The notes beneath the pieces were generated by a model. That model was not told the DNA's origin. It saw only the letters and a list, made by a program, of their open reading frames with translations, and searched no databases. Both the position numbers and the translations under genes were made by a program. This document shows positions 18,708-28,591 of a stretch of 64,000 nucleotides of DNA, one piece after another. Source of the DNA: a virus; IMG/VR virus record IMGVR_UViG_3300021092_002038, positions 16,468 through 80,467 of that record. One strand, written 5' to 3'. Each line of letters begins with the position of its first letter. Position 1 is the stretch's first letter.

Positions 18708-20822
18708 TTAATTTTCTTTTTTTAAAAACATAATATTCAACGTTTTAGCGATTTCTAATAAATTTTTTACATTTATAAATGATGCGTTTTTACCATACAT
18801 CATTCTAAATTGTTCCGTAATTTCGTTGGTATCCACATCAGAGATACCTATATTTCCATTATTTAATGTGTTAATATGTATAAAATAAGATAGAACTTCG
18901 TATCCTGATCGAATTACTTTTTTAATTTGATTTCTAGTGTGTTCTGCCGCTTTACGCCCTTGATACATATGAGTTAAATTATTAATTTCAACGGACAAAT
19001 ATGGAAGTCCGTCAGATAAATTTATAAAATAATAATCTTCGTCTGAATTTTTTGCGGGTAAGTTTTTTACTATTGGTTCAAAACATAACCCTTCAGGAGT
19101 TGTATTAGCCGGATAAATGTGACTAAAATCATTTTTTATTTTATTAAAAGAGTCTTTAGTTGAGTCGTATGCAATTACAACGTATGGCGTATATGTATTG
19201 GTACTAACTTTTACAGAGGTTCTAAAACTTACTACTACATTTACGTTATTAATCATTGAACATGCCTTACAAATAGCCACTACGGTTGTAAGTGTATTTC
19301 TCCACTTTTCTCCGCCCATCGAACTGCTAGCGTCTACACTAATATGAATGTTAGCGTTTTTATATTTATCCATTTGATTTGTAAAAAATACGGTTGGAGA
19401 ATCAAAGGCAAGATCCGATAAAGTTCGTCTATCAATTTTTCCCGAAGACTTTCTCATGAATTTTGTTGTGTTTACAGAATTTCTAATTTGAAGTCGTTTC
19501 CCCAAAAGCTGTCCTAGACTGATTCCATTTCTAATACAGTTTTCATTTTCTCGATGAGTTAATACGTTATTACCATCGTTCAATGGAAATTTTTCATCCA
19601 TCAATAATTCTCGTGTGAGATTTTTAACAAAAACGCAATCAACGTTTGTTCCGAAAAAATCTTCTCCCACTTTTATTAAGGTCATTCCGCTATTTTCTAT
19701 ATTAGATATGGTGTTATTATCTAATTTATTCAAACTCTTTTTAAGGAACTGATGATCCATAAATTTTTTTTGATTTTTAAAACTGTTTTTTACTTTTTCT
19801 ATCAGAGTTTTTGTCAGTTTTTTAACGTTGCCGTTTTGTTTTTTCTCAGATTTAGATTCATCAGTTTTATTATCTTGGTCTGTATCATCGTTTGTATCGT
19901 CGTTTTTTACATTTTCTTCCTTGTTGTCTGAATCTGCGAGTTCTACATCTTTATTACTATTATCTGAATTTTTATCTTTTAAATTTGTGGATGGTTCGTC
20001 GTTATCCGCCTGTTCAGATTTATTTAAATGATTGTCACATTTAGATGTTGTTTTTGATCCTATTTCCGATTTTGTTTCTGTAGTATTAACATCTGATATA
20101 TTTTTCAATATCAATTTAACACATTCGACGGCAGTTAAAAATCTATCGCTCGGAGTTTTCAAACGACTAATGTTTTTGTAATCTATCATTTTATAAATTT
20201 TTTCAAGATCTGGTAATGCTGCCAAATCGGTATTTTCGTTTGTAAAATTAAAAATTCTGAACGTATATGATTCCACGTCTAAACTTCTGTACAATTCGCT
20301 TTTTAACGCAACATTATTTATTTTACTGTTAAAATATTTGTTATATAATTCTATGTAGTATCCTTGATAGCCTACGGATGTAGTATATACATACCAATCA
20401 ATATATCTGTCTTCGACATAATTTATCATATCTTTGGTTAATTCCCACACCGATTCTTTGCTCATGTTAATTTTTTCGGATAATTCGTATATTTCTCTAG
20501 GAATTCTTTGCCATAAGGTCTTTAAAATGTTCATATCCGACAAAACTATATGAGCGGATTCGTGTAACGCCAATCCAACAGTCACGTCGAAATCTTTTTT
20601 GCAACTTATCTTTGATGTAATGTAAATTGTTTCACCATCGGTTGAACTGTTTCCCGATGTCTTAAATTTTACAGGTACATTTTTATTGGTTAATATTTTT
20701 ACGAAATTTGAAATAGCCAGTCTATATGCGGCTAATTGTATCAAATTTAAATCTAATTTAGAATAATTTTCTTCTTCAACCGATTCCTCATTCAACCAAA
20801 AATCTGAATAAGTATCATTCAT
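18708..20822 (-). CDS. Metallopeptidase-motif + vWA domain protein (CobT-like partner of MoxR ATPase)
   Basis: HExxH (LHESAH), NYVEDRYI, acidic linker, MIDAS DASSSM ... TPEG ... LSDG. Confidence 0.8.
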   Translation of the reverse strand: MNDTYSDFWLNEESVEEENYSKLDLNLIQLAAYRLAISNFVKILTNKNVPVKFKTSGNSSTDGETIYITSKISCKKDFDVTVGLALHESAHIVLSDMNILKTLWQRIPREIYELSEKINMSKESVWELTKDMINYVEDRYIDWYVYTTSVGYQGYYIELYNKYFNSKINNVALKSELYRSLDVESYTFRIFNFTNENTDLAALPDLEKIYKMIDYKNISRLKTPSDRFLTAVECVKLILKNISDVNTTETKSEIGSKTTSKCDNHLNKSEQADNDEPSTNLKDKNSDNSNKDVELADSDNKEENVKNDDTNDDTDQDNKTDESKSEKKQNGNVKKLTKTLIEKVKNSFKNQKKFMDHQFLKKSLNKLDNNTISNIENSGMTLIKVGEDFFGTNVDCVFVKNLTRELLMDEKFPLNDGNNVLTHRENENCIRNGISLGQLLGKRLQIRNSVNTTKFMRKSSGKIDRRTLSDLAFDSPTVFFTNQMDKYKNANIHISVDASSSMGGEKWRNTLTTVVAICKACSMINNVNVVVSFRTSVKVSTNTYTPYVVIAYDSTKDSFNKIKNDFSHIYPANTTPEGLCFEPIVKNLPAKNSDEDYYFINLSDGLPYLSVEINNLTHMYQGRKAAEHTRNQIKKVIRSGYEVLSYFIHINTLNNGNIGISDVDTNEITEQFRMMYGKNASFINVKNLLEIAKTLNIMFLKKEN

Positions 20823-20855
20823 AATATTATATTTATATTTGCTTACGACAACTAA

Positions 20856-21827
20856 CTAAAATGGTACATTTACGTTATTTGATGGAATTGTAGATGGAAC
20901 CGACGCCGTTTTTTTACCGCTAAAGGGATTTTCTGCCGTTATTCTAGGGTCTTTTATATATTTTTGTACCAATTGTTTGACATATGTTCTTTCGCTATTA
21001 ACTCCACCATCGTTATCAAAATTAGGATAAATTGCGCTTTCGGCAATTTCTTCTAAATTAAATCCGTCCACTAATAATTCTGTCATTTCTACAGACGCTC
21101 TAGTTGATAGAAAGTTAGTAAGTTTAGAATCTTCTTTTTTAATATTTATACGTGTATGAGCACAAATCTCCAAAATGTTTTCTAGTATAGATATTTTAGA
21201 TGTGTCACTTATATTAAATCGTTCAGTTAATAATTTTAATTCTTCTTCAATTTTCAATGGATTCATTTCAATTTTAACCGAAAATCTATTAAGTAATGCT
21301 CTATCCATTACCCTAGTAGATGTGTATTCATTACCTATATTAGCCGTGGCAATAAAACTTACATTTTTAGCTACCTTGACCGTTTCTACATTGGATTTTT
21401 CGTCTAACCTCAGATATCTTTGAAGATCATCTAATACCGTCATTAAAATGTTCCATGCATCAGGATGAGCTCTGCTTATTTCATCTAATAAGATGATTGC
21501 GCCTTCAGTTCTAATTGCAGATACAAATGCGCTTTCATTAAAAACTGTTCCTGTGTTTTTGTCGAATTGGGTATTTCCTATCAAACTACATCTCGCATCT
21601 TGTGTGCTTCCCAAATTAAAATAAAAAAATTTATCGATTTTCTTTAAGGCTTTTGCAGCGCTAATAGCGGCCAATGATTTTCCACATCCTGTGGGTCCTA
21701 CGATTAAGATATTTTTTCCACGTAAAACATTTCTTATCAAATATTTCCATTTCAAATCATCAATAATGAGTTCGGATGGTTTTATGTCTTTACACGAATT
21801 TATTATTTTTTTAATGTCGTTATTCAC
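20856..21827 (-). CDS. MoxR/CobS-type AAA+ ATPase
   Basis: Walker A GPTGCGKS, Walker B ILLDEISR, ATAN, DRALLNRF, STR. Confidence 0.9.
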   Translation of the reverse strand: MNNDIKKIINSCKDIKPSELIIDDLKWKYLIRNVLRGKNILIVGPTGCGKSLAAISAAKALKKIDKFFYFNLGSTQDARCSLIGNTQFDKNTGTVFNESAFVSAIRTEGAIILLDEISRAHPDAWNILMTVLDDLQRYLRLDEKSNVETVKVAKNVSFIATANIGNEYTSTRVMDRALLNRFSVKIEMNPLKIEEELKLLTERFNISDTSKISILENILEICAHTRINIKKEDSKLTNFLSTRASVEMTELLVDGFNLEEIAESAIYPNFDNDGGVNSERTYVKQLVQKYIKDPRITAENPFSGKKTASVPSTIPSNNVNVPF

Positions 21828-21833
21828 GATAAC

Positions 21834-21862
21834 ACTGTATCACCGACGGGTATCAGTGTCAA
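21834..21862 (-). promoter_or_regulatory. Sigma70-like promoter TTGACA-N17-TACAGT overlapped by an inverted repeat
   Basis: Canonical -35, extended -10 TG; acactg (21832-21837) / cagtgt (21854-21859) dyad. Confidence 0.65.
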
Positions 21863-21879
21863 TTTTTAAAAATTATAAT

Positions 21880-22866
21880 TTACTTACTTTTAATTTTATG
21901 TGCGGGTAGATTTAATTCTTTGCCTTTTCCACCTTTTAAAACGTGTTTCTTTTCGACTTTACTCTGTTTAGGATATGTGTATTTAACTTTCTCGCCTTCA
22001 CTTGGGTGTTCCGATTGTTTATTTACCTTGTTTACTTCTTTCATAGGTTGATTAGGTAAATCTTCTTCATTTACTACTTGATTTTCTTTATAGTCTTTTT
22101 GTTCGTTTTTCTTATCATTCAAAGATTTAATAGGATTTTGTTTGGTTTCAGGAAGTTCCGATCCTTTTACCTGATCATTTGTTTGTTCTGCGGATTTATT
22201 ATAAGCTTTTTGAACGTAGTTGCCTTTTTCGTTTAATTTTTCTTTTACGAACTTTTTTAATTCATCTAAACTGTCATTCATATGTCTGGTTCTGTCGGTC
22301 CCATCTTTCGTATGAATTATATCATATGAATCCATATAATTTGGTCGAATGTGAAAATAATGCGGGAAACATCCAGAAATTTCGTATCCGCCGAGTTTAC
22401 TTGGTTTCACACAATAATCTTTGCTATATTCTTTAACTACCTTATCTAAAGCGACCATGGATTCCTCAATGGATTTCTGAGTTTCCAATTTAATTTCTTC
22501 AATTGATTCTTTAATCAATGATGTTAGAATTTTTCTTTTAGACTCTTCTAATTTAGAAAGTTCCTTTTCCGCATCCAATTCGTGTTTTTTTACATATCCA
22601 TCGGATCCCAGATACACATAACCTTTATCTTTAGCGACTTGATCAGCAAATGTCAAAATTTCTTCTTGAACGGATTCCGCTTGAGCGACATCTTTGATAT
22701 GAGAATAAATTATATTAGATATATCATCATGATCCAAATATGTTTCGTTTTCATTAAATAGTTTTTCGACCTCGGATTTTATAGTATCTACCATAGATTC
22801 AAGATGTGCTGGATTCATCTCGTTCAAAACTTCTTGTATCAACGACTTTAACTCAGAAATATTCAT
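21880..22866 (-). CDS. Hypothetical charged protein, probable head-internal/virion protein
   Basis: N-terminal ELKSLIQEVLNE leader; TATTTATA motif 4 nt upstream of ATG. Confidence 0.6.
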   Translation of the reverse strand: MNISELKSLIQEVLNEMNPAHLESMVDTIKSEVEKLFNENETYLDHDDISNIIYSHIKDVAQAESVQEEILTFADQVAKDKGYVYLGSDGYVKKHELDAEKELSKLEESKRKILTSLIKESIEEIKLETQKSIEESMVALDKVVKEYSKDYCVKPSKLGGYEISGCFPHYFHIRPNYMDSYDIIHTKDGTDRTRHMNDSLDELKKFVKEKLNEKGNYVQKAYNKSAEQTNDQVKGSELPETKQNPIKSLNDKKNEQKDYKENQVVNEEDLPNQPMKEVNKVNKQSEHPSEGEKVKYTYPKQSKVEKKHVLKGGKGKELNLPAHKIKSK

Positions 22867-22878
22867 ATATTATAAATA

Positions 22879-23652
22879 TCATATAAAAAAAGAATCGTTA
22901 ATATTATTTTCGACATCAAAAGTCTGTATTTCGTCGGAATAAGTAGAAAGTTTTGGATATGGTAAAATTGGATGTTTTAGAGATTTTTTTAATTTTTTGT
23001 TTAAAATCTTATTGGATATAAATTTTATATATCTGTGTTTAGAACTTTCTTTCTTTCTCCAAAAAGTTTTACCTATTCTTTTTTTGAGATGTTCAATATT
23101 ATGACTGCCCCACTTGGAAAACACCGTTCGACTGTGAATCCATTTATAATTTGGAGGACCATCTAAACTTATGCTATAATTAGGCATTAAACACAAACTA
23201 TTGTTGCCTTGATATAAAAAGCCTGTAGCTTGATATATGATTCCTGAGTGATTTACTTCTGAATCCGAATAACTTACCACCGATTTTATATGTGGAAAAT
23301 CTTTATTTAATTGTTTAAAAGATTCTGCAATACAATAACTTTCTATATTTTTACCATATCCGTCATGAATAAACAGTCTTACCAATTCAAATACTTCGTC
23401 TTTTGATAATAAATCGGATAATGAACTCGACACACTTCTTCCTACAGGTTGACTATAAACCACGCAACCAATTAATTTATCTACTGTGTCGTTAAAATAT
23501 AAAAACTTCTCTTCAGTTTTATAAAAAATACCGTATGCTATCCTGCATAACGTCCATTTATGAGTATAATGGTTTTTTATAATAATATCTTTTGCTACTT
23601 TGCTGCTTATTGGTTTTAAATAAACTTTTTCAACATCACAATATTTTTCCAT
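22879..23652 (-). CDS. Mom-like (GNAT-fold) DNA modification protein
   Basis: IIKNHY, LIGCVVY, FELVRLF, KNIESYCI, VVSYSD..NHSGIIYQATGFLYQG match the phage Mu Mom-family pattern. Confidence 0.75.
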   Translation of the reverse strand: MEKYCDVEKVYLKPISSKVAKDIIIKNHYTHKWTLCRIAYGIFYKTEEKFLYFNDTVDKLIGCVVYSQPVGRSVSSSLSDLLSKDEVFELVRLFIHDGYGKNIESYCIAESFKQLNKDFPHIKSVVSYSDSEVNHSGIIYQATGFLYQGNNSLCLMPNYSISLDGPPNYKWIHSRTVFSKWGSHNIEHLKKRIGKTFWRKKESSKHRYIKFISNKILNKKLKKSLKHPILPYPKLSTYSDEIQTFDVENNINDSFFI

Positions 23653-23688
23653 TAATATATGATGATGAAATAAACGAAAAGGTCAATT

Positions 23689-24258
23689 TTATTTAATTTT
23701 TAAACTTCCTATATAACCGTTATTATGAGTTTTTATCGCATTACACTCTACTAAGAATGTGTTTCCGTTGTCTCCAACCATTCTATAAGTATCTTGATAC
23801 ATTCTTCCATCCGTTACACAATCGTTCCAATGATCTACAACCCTTTCTCGATCTTCTTCATGTATTACGTTTTTCCAACCGTGTTCTAAAAAATAACTAA
23901 TATCATGTTTAAATAATTTTGTGTATGCCGAATTTACCCATATACATTTTCCGTCATCAGAACTTTCAAAAATAGGCTCTTCTCTGTTATCCAAAATCCA
24001 TCTCTGTCTGTGAAATATTTTTTCTGTAATTTGTGTGTTAATCGCCATCTGTTCGGACAAATGATTTATTTTATCTTTTATAGAGCCACCGCCGTTAGGT
24101 ATAACTTCTTTGAAAATAACGTCTAGTTTATTTTGAAACGATAATAATTTTTCATACTGTTTTTTTATCCATGTAATTATCCACGTAATCGTTTTATAAA
24201 GAGTACCTATCAACCCCAGTATTAGTATAGTGATCTGTAAATTGTTTTCGATATCCAT
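23689..24258 (-). CDS. Membrane-anchored PAS-domain protein
   Basis: N-terminal TM helix, PNGGGSIKD linker, PAS pattern IFESSDDGKCIWVNSAY...GWKNVIHEEDRERV. Confidence 0.75.
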   Translation of the reverse strand: MDIENNLQITILILGLIGTLYKTITWIITWIKKQYEKLLSFQNKLDVIFKEVIPNGGGSIKDKINHLSEQMAINTQITEKIFHRQRWILDNREEPIFESSDDGKCIWVNSAYTKLFKHDISYFLEHGWKNVIHEEDRERVVDHWNDCVTDGRMYQDTYRMVGDNGNTFLVECNAIKTHNNGYIGSLKIK

Positions 24259-24304
24259 ATATCAATTATAAATATAATTAATTTTTATAAAAGTTAAAAA
24301 TGAT

Positions 24305-26278
24305 TTACCTTATAGGGCAAAATCCACCGTCGCATTCTATTCCTTGAATAAGTTCTCCTGTAATAACTGTGTTAAAAATTCTGTGTTTTATTTTTTCCGT
24401 TCCACGGATATATTCTTCCTCTGTAATTTCTTGATAAGGAGCTTGTTTGAAACCATGTTCTTTGTGTAATAAAAAACTTACACTTTTAATGTTTTGTTTA
24501 TAATTTTCAGATAACCACTTTTTTAATTTTTCTAATTCTTCCGATTTATAATAAGCCGTAACACTAACTGCATTGTCACTCCAAATCGATTGCAATTTCT
24601 TTACCATTTCCAATTGTTCGATTACGTTCATTTCTTTAGCGAGAATAGCGCCTTCTGGAGTTTTACATGGAAAATATACAACTACCGTGTCGTGATTTTC
24701 TGATCCATCAAGGTTTAACAAATATTCCACGTGATATCCGGAATCTTTACATATTTTTACTAATTTATCGCTAGAAGACATCCGGATGGTTCTCATGTAA
24801 TATTTACTATATGACGGATGAATTCCAGGAGTGGCGCCTCCTAAAAGAGACAATGTGCCACTTGGTTTTATGGTGGTAAGTTTTATACTTTCAGGCCAAC
24901 CTTTTTGTTTGCTCCATTCTCTATCAAATTTTCTCAACATTACATAAACTTTATCTAACCATTCTATTTTATTTAGTGATTGACAAATTCCTGTCACACC
25001 TAATCCCAACCTCATATTTTTATGAACAATTTTATTAGTTTCGTCGTGGATAAAAGGAAGTGCAGCGATGGCTTTTTGAGTCTTATACAGTAATTTTGCA
25101 CAATCAAAAAGTTCTTCTTGACTATCTATGTTGTTCAAATATAATTCAGATAAATTGCAACATTCATAGCTAGATAAAGAAATTTCTGAACAAGGGTTAG
25201 TGCCTATGACATTATCGACGTCAGTAGGATACATTTCGTTTCCCTTTAACGGTCCATCTTTTAATCTTCCATACGTCTGAGATAATGGCAAATTAAACAA
25301 TCCATAAGGTTCTCCATTTGCATATCCTGTTTCTTTGTTTACTATATATCCATTTTTCCACACTTCTTCCATTATATGTTCAAATTCATCAACATATATA
25401 GTGTTATTGCTCATAGCTCGCCAGTTTGGGATATTCCCACTAGACCAATTTTTTGCTCTTAAATACAAAATATCATCAGGATCACCTAAAGCGATTTCAG
25501 CACTTCTTCTTACGTTTCCAGCCACTACTATACTTCCAATAATATTACATACATCTAACACATCTACGCTTCTTAATTTTTTTCCTTCTCGATTTTGAAA
25601 AATAGTTTTTATTTTTTCTATACCTTCTACTAAAATTGCGGGCCCACTAGCTTTTCCACCAAAACCGTTAATAGGTTCGCCGGCTCCTCTAATTAATATG
25701 GTGGAATAATTAAATGATTTTCCGGTTTCGTAGAATGATTTTAAAACGTATTCCAATAGTTTAACCCATCCTTCTCGAGTATCAGGAACAATAAAATCCG
25801 CATCTTTAGTTAATTTGTGAATTACATTTACTCCTTTTTTAATTTTTGGAAGCTCGTGAACATCTTCTCGTCTAATGCTATAACCTACGCCGCCACCAAG
25901 CATTAAATTTTCAAACAAAAACGTAAACGCTTTTGGTTCATTAATACTTACATACCAACAATTCAATAAACTATTTGCGCCAAATCTATCAACTGTAGAT
26001 GTTCCTAACTGCCATAACATTCTGCCTGCAAAATTGCATTTTAAATTAAAAATTAAATCAAACAGTCTCTGTGCTTCTTCTTTTGTGTAGCTCGCTCCGA
26101 GTTTTTGAGCCCCGTTTATACAACGAGCCACTGTCTCATGCCACTCTTCGGTGTTTCCATCATCTTTAGTTCTGGCATAAGTTCTTTTGTATACGATATA
26201 TCCTAGTCCGTTAAATCCCCAGTTAGGTTGTTTGTTCTTATAATTTTCCAAAAAATCTTTTTCAATAATCTCATTCAT
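24305..26278 (-). CDS. nrdJ: Class II (adenosylcobalamin-dependent) ribonucleotide reductase
   Basis: RTYAR, LLNCW, VVAGNVRRSA, TNPCSEI, CNLSE, TIKPSGT, C-terminal CDGGFCPIR; no intein seen. Confidence 0.92.
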   Translation of the reverse strand: MNEIIEKDFLENYKNKQPNWGFNGLGYIVYKRTYARTKDDGNTEEWHETVARCINGAQKLGASYTKEEAQRLFDLIFNLKCNFAGRMLWQLGTSTVDRFGANSLLNCWYVSINEPKAFTFLFENLMLGGGVGYSIRREDVHELPKIKKGVNVIHKLTKDADFIVPDTREGWVKLLEYVLKSFYETGKSFNYSTILIRGAGEPINGFGGKASGPAILVEGIEKIKTIFQNREGKKLRSVDVLDVCNIIGSIVVAGNVRRSAEIALGDPDDILYLRAKNWSSGNIPNWRAMSNNTIYVDEFEHIMEEVWKNGYIVNKETGYANGEPYGLFNLPLSQTYGRLKDGPLKGNEMYPTDVDNVIGTNPCSEISLSSYECCNLSELYLNNIDSQEELFDCAKLLYKTQKAIAALPFIHDETNKIVHKNMRLGLGVTGICQSLNKIEWLDKVYVMLRKFDREWSKQKGWPESIKLTTIKPSGTLSLLGGATPGIHPSYSKYYMRTIRMSSSDKLVKICKDSGYHVEYLLNLDGSENHDTVVVYFPCKTPEGAILAKEMNVIEQLEMVKKLQSIWSDNAVSVTAYYKSEELEKLKKWLSENYKQNIKSVSFLLHKEHGFKQAPYQEITEEEYIRGTEKIKHRIFNTVITGELIQGIECDGGFCPIR

Positions 26279-26386
26279 AAAATACGTCTGTAAAAAATAA
26301 ATATTTTGTTTTTTTTAAAACTTTTAAAATACCATAAAATTTTAAAAATAAATTCTGTTCGTTTTTATTTTTTCTTACTATGATCT

Positions 26387-27772
26387 TTAATTGTCATCAT
26401 CTTCACTATCCATGTGCGATTTCCATTTACTTGCCATCATTCTTTTAACTACATTTTCACCTTCGTTCATTTCTTGAATAGCGGCGATACCATCTCTCGA
26501 TTTCTCATCGAAAATTTGAATATCTCCACAGCCTGCGTTCATTCGGCTTGGAAAAGTCATTCCATCTGGACCAAAACGATTCTTGATAATATGAAATCTT
26601 GCGGTATTACTCACTTTGTCGTTTACTTTTCTAGAAAGACTCATGACAAAATCCGCCGTCATTATTTTTCTGTAGCTATCGCTGATGTTATTGGCTTGAA
26701 TAATATCTTCATCCATTGCCGCTCTATTGCTTTGTGATGCGGTCCAGATTGGTATTTGCAATTCTCCCGCAATGCTTCTTAATTCTTCATATATTCCGCC
26801 CGCCTCACTATAACTATTAGAGTTCTTATCGGAAGAAGTTGGCTTTAAAATATCAGCATAATCTACAATTATCATGTCGATCTTGGTCCCTAAAGTTTGA
26901 ATTCTTTCAGTATGAATTTTAAGACTGTGTGCGCTGACTGTTTTTAGTGGAAAATATTTGATTATTAATTTTCCAGGAATATTTGAAATTTTATCTTTAA
27001 CAACATTTACGTTATTTCTAATATTTTGAAAGTCTATACCTGTAAAACAACTATCATATCTAAGCCCCACGTAGTTTTCATTTAATTCTAGAGTAAAATG
27101 TAACACGTTTTTTCCATTCTTCATTGCTTCTGCGCCGATTTTTGCTAATACCCAACTTTTACCACTGCCTGCACATGCCGTTATCACTCCTAACTCTCCT
27201 GAAGCTAATCCTCCATCCATTATAGCATCGACTACTTCCCACGGAGTTCTCATCGTGTTTCTTGCCATTACACTCATACGATTGTCTATATCGATCATAT
27301 AATCATGTCCGATGTTTCTTTCCATGCCTGCTTTCAACGCTTCTTGAACTACATGCGAAATTCTATCATAATGGCCTATTTTAATCAATTCGACGCTACT
27401 AAGAATAGCATTTTTCATTTTTTGATTTTTACAAAATTCTAAATACTGTTCCTTCACATATTTTATATCGCTCTCGCTTATTTTTTGATATACTAACTTT
27501 AGTTGGTCGACTACTGTTTTTTTAAGCAATTCAGTTTCGATTGTATCTACTTGAACTTTAAAAGCTGTCATCGTAGGTAAATCTTTATATTTTATAAAAT
27601 ATTCTACAATAGTTTTTACTATCCATTGGTGAGCATCCATTTCAAAGCTATTGAAATCTACAATGTCGTATATTCTTTCTAAAAAAGTCTTATCGCTCAA
27701 AAGACTTGAAATACATTTTAATTGAAAGTCGTTTCCGTATTTTTTAAGGTTGTTTATTATTTGGTTTTCCAT
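26387..27772 (-). CDS. Replicative helicase (DnaB/T4 gp41-like)
   Basis: ACAGSGKS Walker A, HFTLEL, IVDYAD, WTASQSNR, KNRFG. Confidence 0.92.
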   Translation of the reverse strand: MENQIINNLKKYGNDFQLKCISSLLSDKTFLERIYDIVDFNSFEMDAHQWIVKTIVEYFIKYKDLPTMTAFKVQVDTIETELLKKTVVDQLKLVYQKISESDIKYVKEQYLEFCKNQKMKNAILSSVELIKIGHYDRISHVVQEALKAGMERNIGHDYMIDIDNRMSVMARNTMRTPWEVVDAIMDGGLASGELGVITACAGSGKSWVLAKIGAEAMKNGKNVLHFTLELNENYVGLRYDSCFTGIDFQNIRNNVNVVKDKISNIPGKLIIKYFPLKTVSAHSLKIHTERIQTLGTKIDMIIVDYADILKPTSSDKNSNSYSEAGGIYEELRSIAGELQIPIWTASQSNRAAMDEDIIQANNISDSYRKIMTADFVMSLSRKVNDKVSNTARFHIIKNRFGPDGMTFPSRMNAGCGDIQIFDEKSRDGIAAIQEMNEGENVVKRMMASKWKSHMDSEDDDN

Positions 27773-27898
27773 ATGAAGGTATCAATATGTAATTACAATA
27801 CTATTATAAAAACAAAAGACAATTTTTTTTATGTCGTTTTACTATTTATAGTTGAAATCGGATGTATGATCCGCTTTCTACAAAAAGAAAGATAAATT

Positions 27899-28585
27899 AT
27901 GAATAATTATTACAATACTGTGGATGTAAATATCCTTGTTAAAGGAAATCCTGTCGCTACCTATTTTAAAGACGAAAAAACTTATATAGAAGCAAAAGAT
28001 GGAAGCGAATATGAAATTCAAATAAAAAATAAAAATTTCAATCGAATACTTGCTTTAGCTAGTGTAGATGGTTTAGATGTTCTGACAGGCGAACCGTCTT
28101 CTAACGACGATGGTGGTTACGTTATAAATCCATATGACTCATTTAAAGTTAAAGGATTTAGATACAGTAATGAAAAGGTGGGTTCGTTTAAATTTGTAAG
28201 CAATAAAAAATCGTCCGTCTCGAATCAAATTTTAAAAAATTGTGGAACTATAGTCGTAAAAATTTTTTGCGATGCATCCGCTTACACGTATACTGCCACC
28301 AGTCCCACATTTGTTAAAAATTCAGAAACATGTAATTTTGATATAAATCACAATTTAAACGAAAATTGCAGATTTAACATGGGTTCTACGTGGGGTTCTT
28401 CAAAAGAAAGCAAAGTAACCTCCACAGACTTTGATCGAGGTTATATAATTCATTCATTTGAATTTCATTACGCGTCTAGAAATACGTTATTAGAAATGGG
28501 AGTAATAGGAAATTCAACTCCCAAAGTTTCTTTTCCTAAAGGTTTTATAAAATATGCCGTTCCACCCAAAGATTGGATAGGATAA
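27899..28585 (+). CDS. Conserved-looking hypothetical protein
   Basis: 228-aa ORF (YIEA..GSEYEI..KN, SVDGLDVL, GYVI); TATTTATA at 27843-27850 upstream on the same strand. Confidence 0.65.
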   Translation: MNNYYNTVDVNILVKGNPVATYFKDEKTYIEAKDGSEYEIQIKNKNFNRILALASVDGLDVLTGEPSSNDDGGYVINPYDSFKVKGFRYSNEKVGSFKFVSNKKSSVSNQILKNCGTIVVKIFCDASAYTYTATSPTFVKNSETCNFDINHNLNENCRFNMGSTWGSSKESKVTSTDFDRGYIIHSFEFHYASRNTLLEMGVIGNSTPKVSFPKGFIKYAVPPKDWIG

Positions 28586-28591
28586 TAATGT

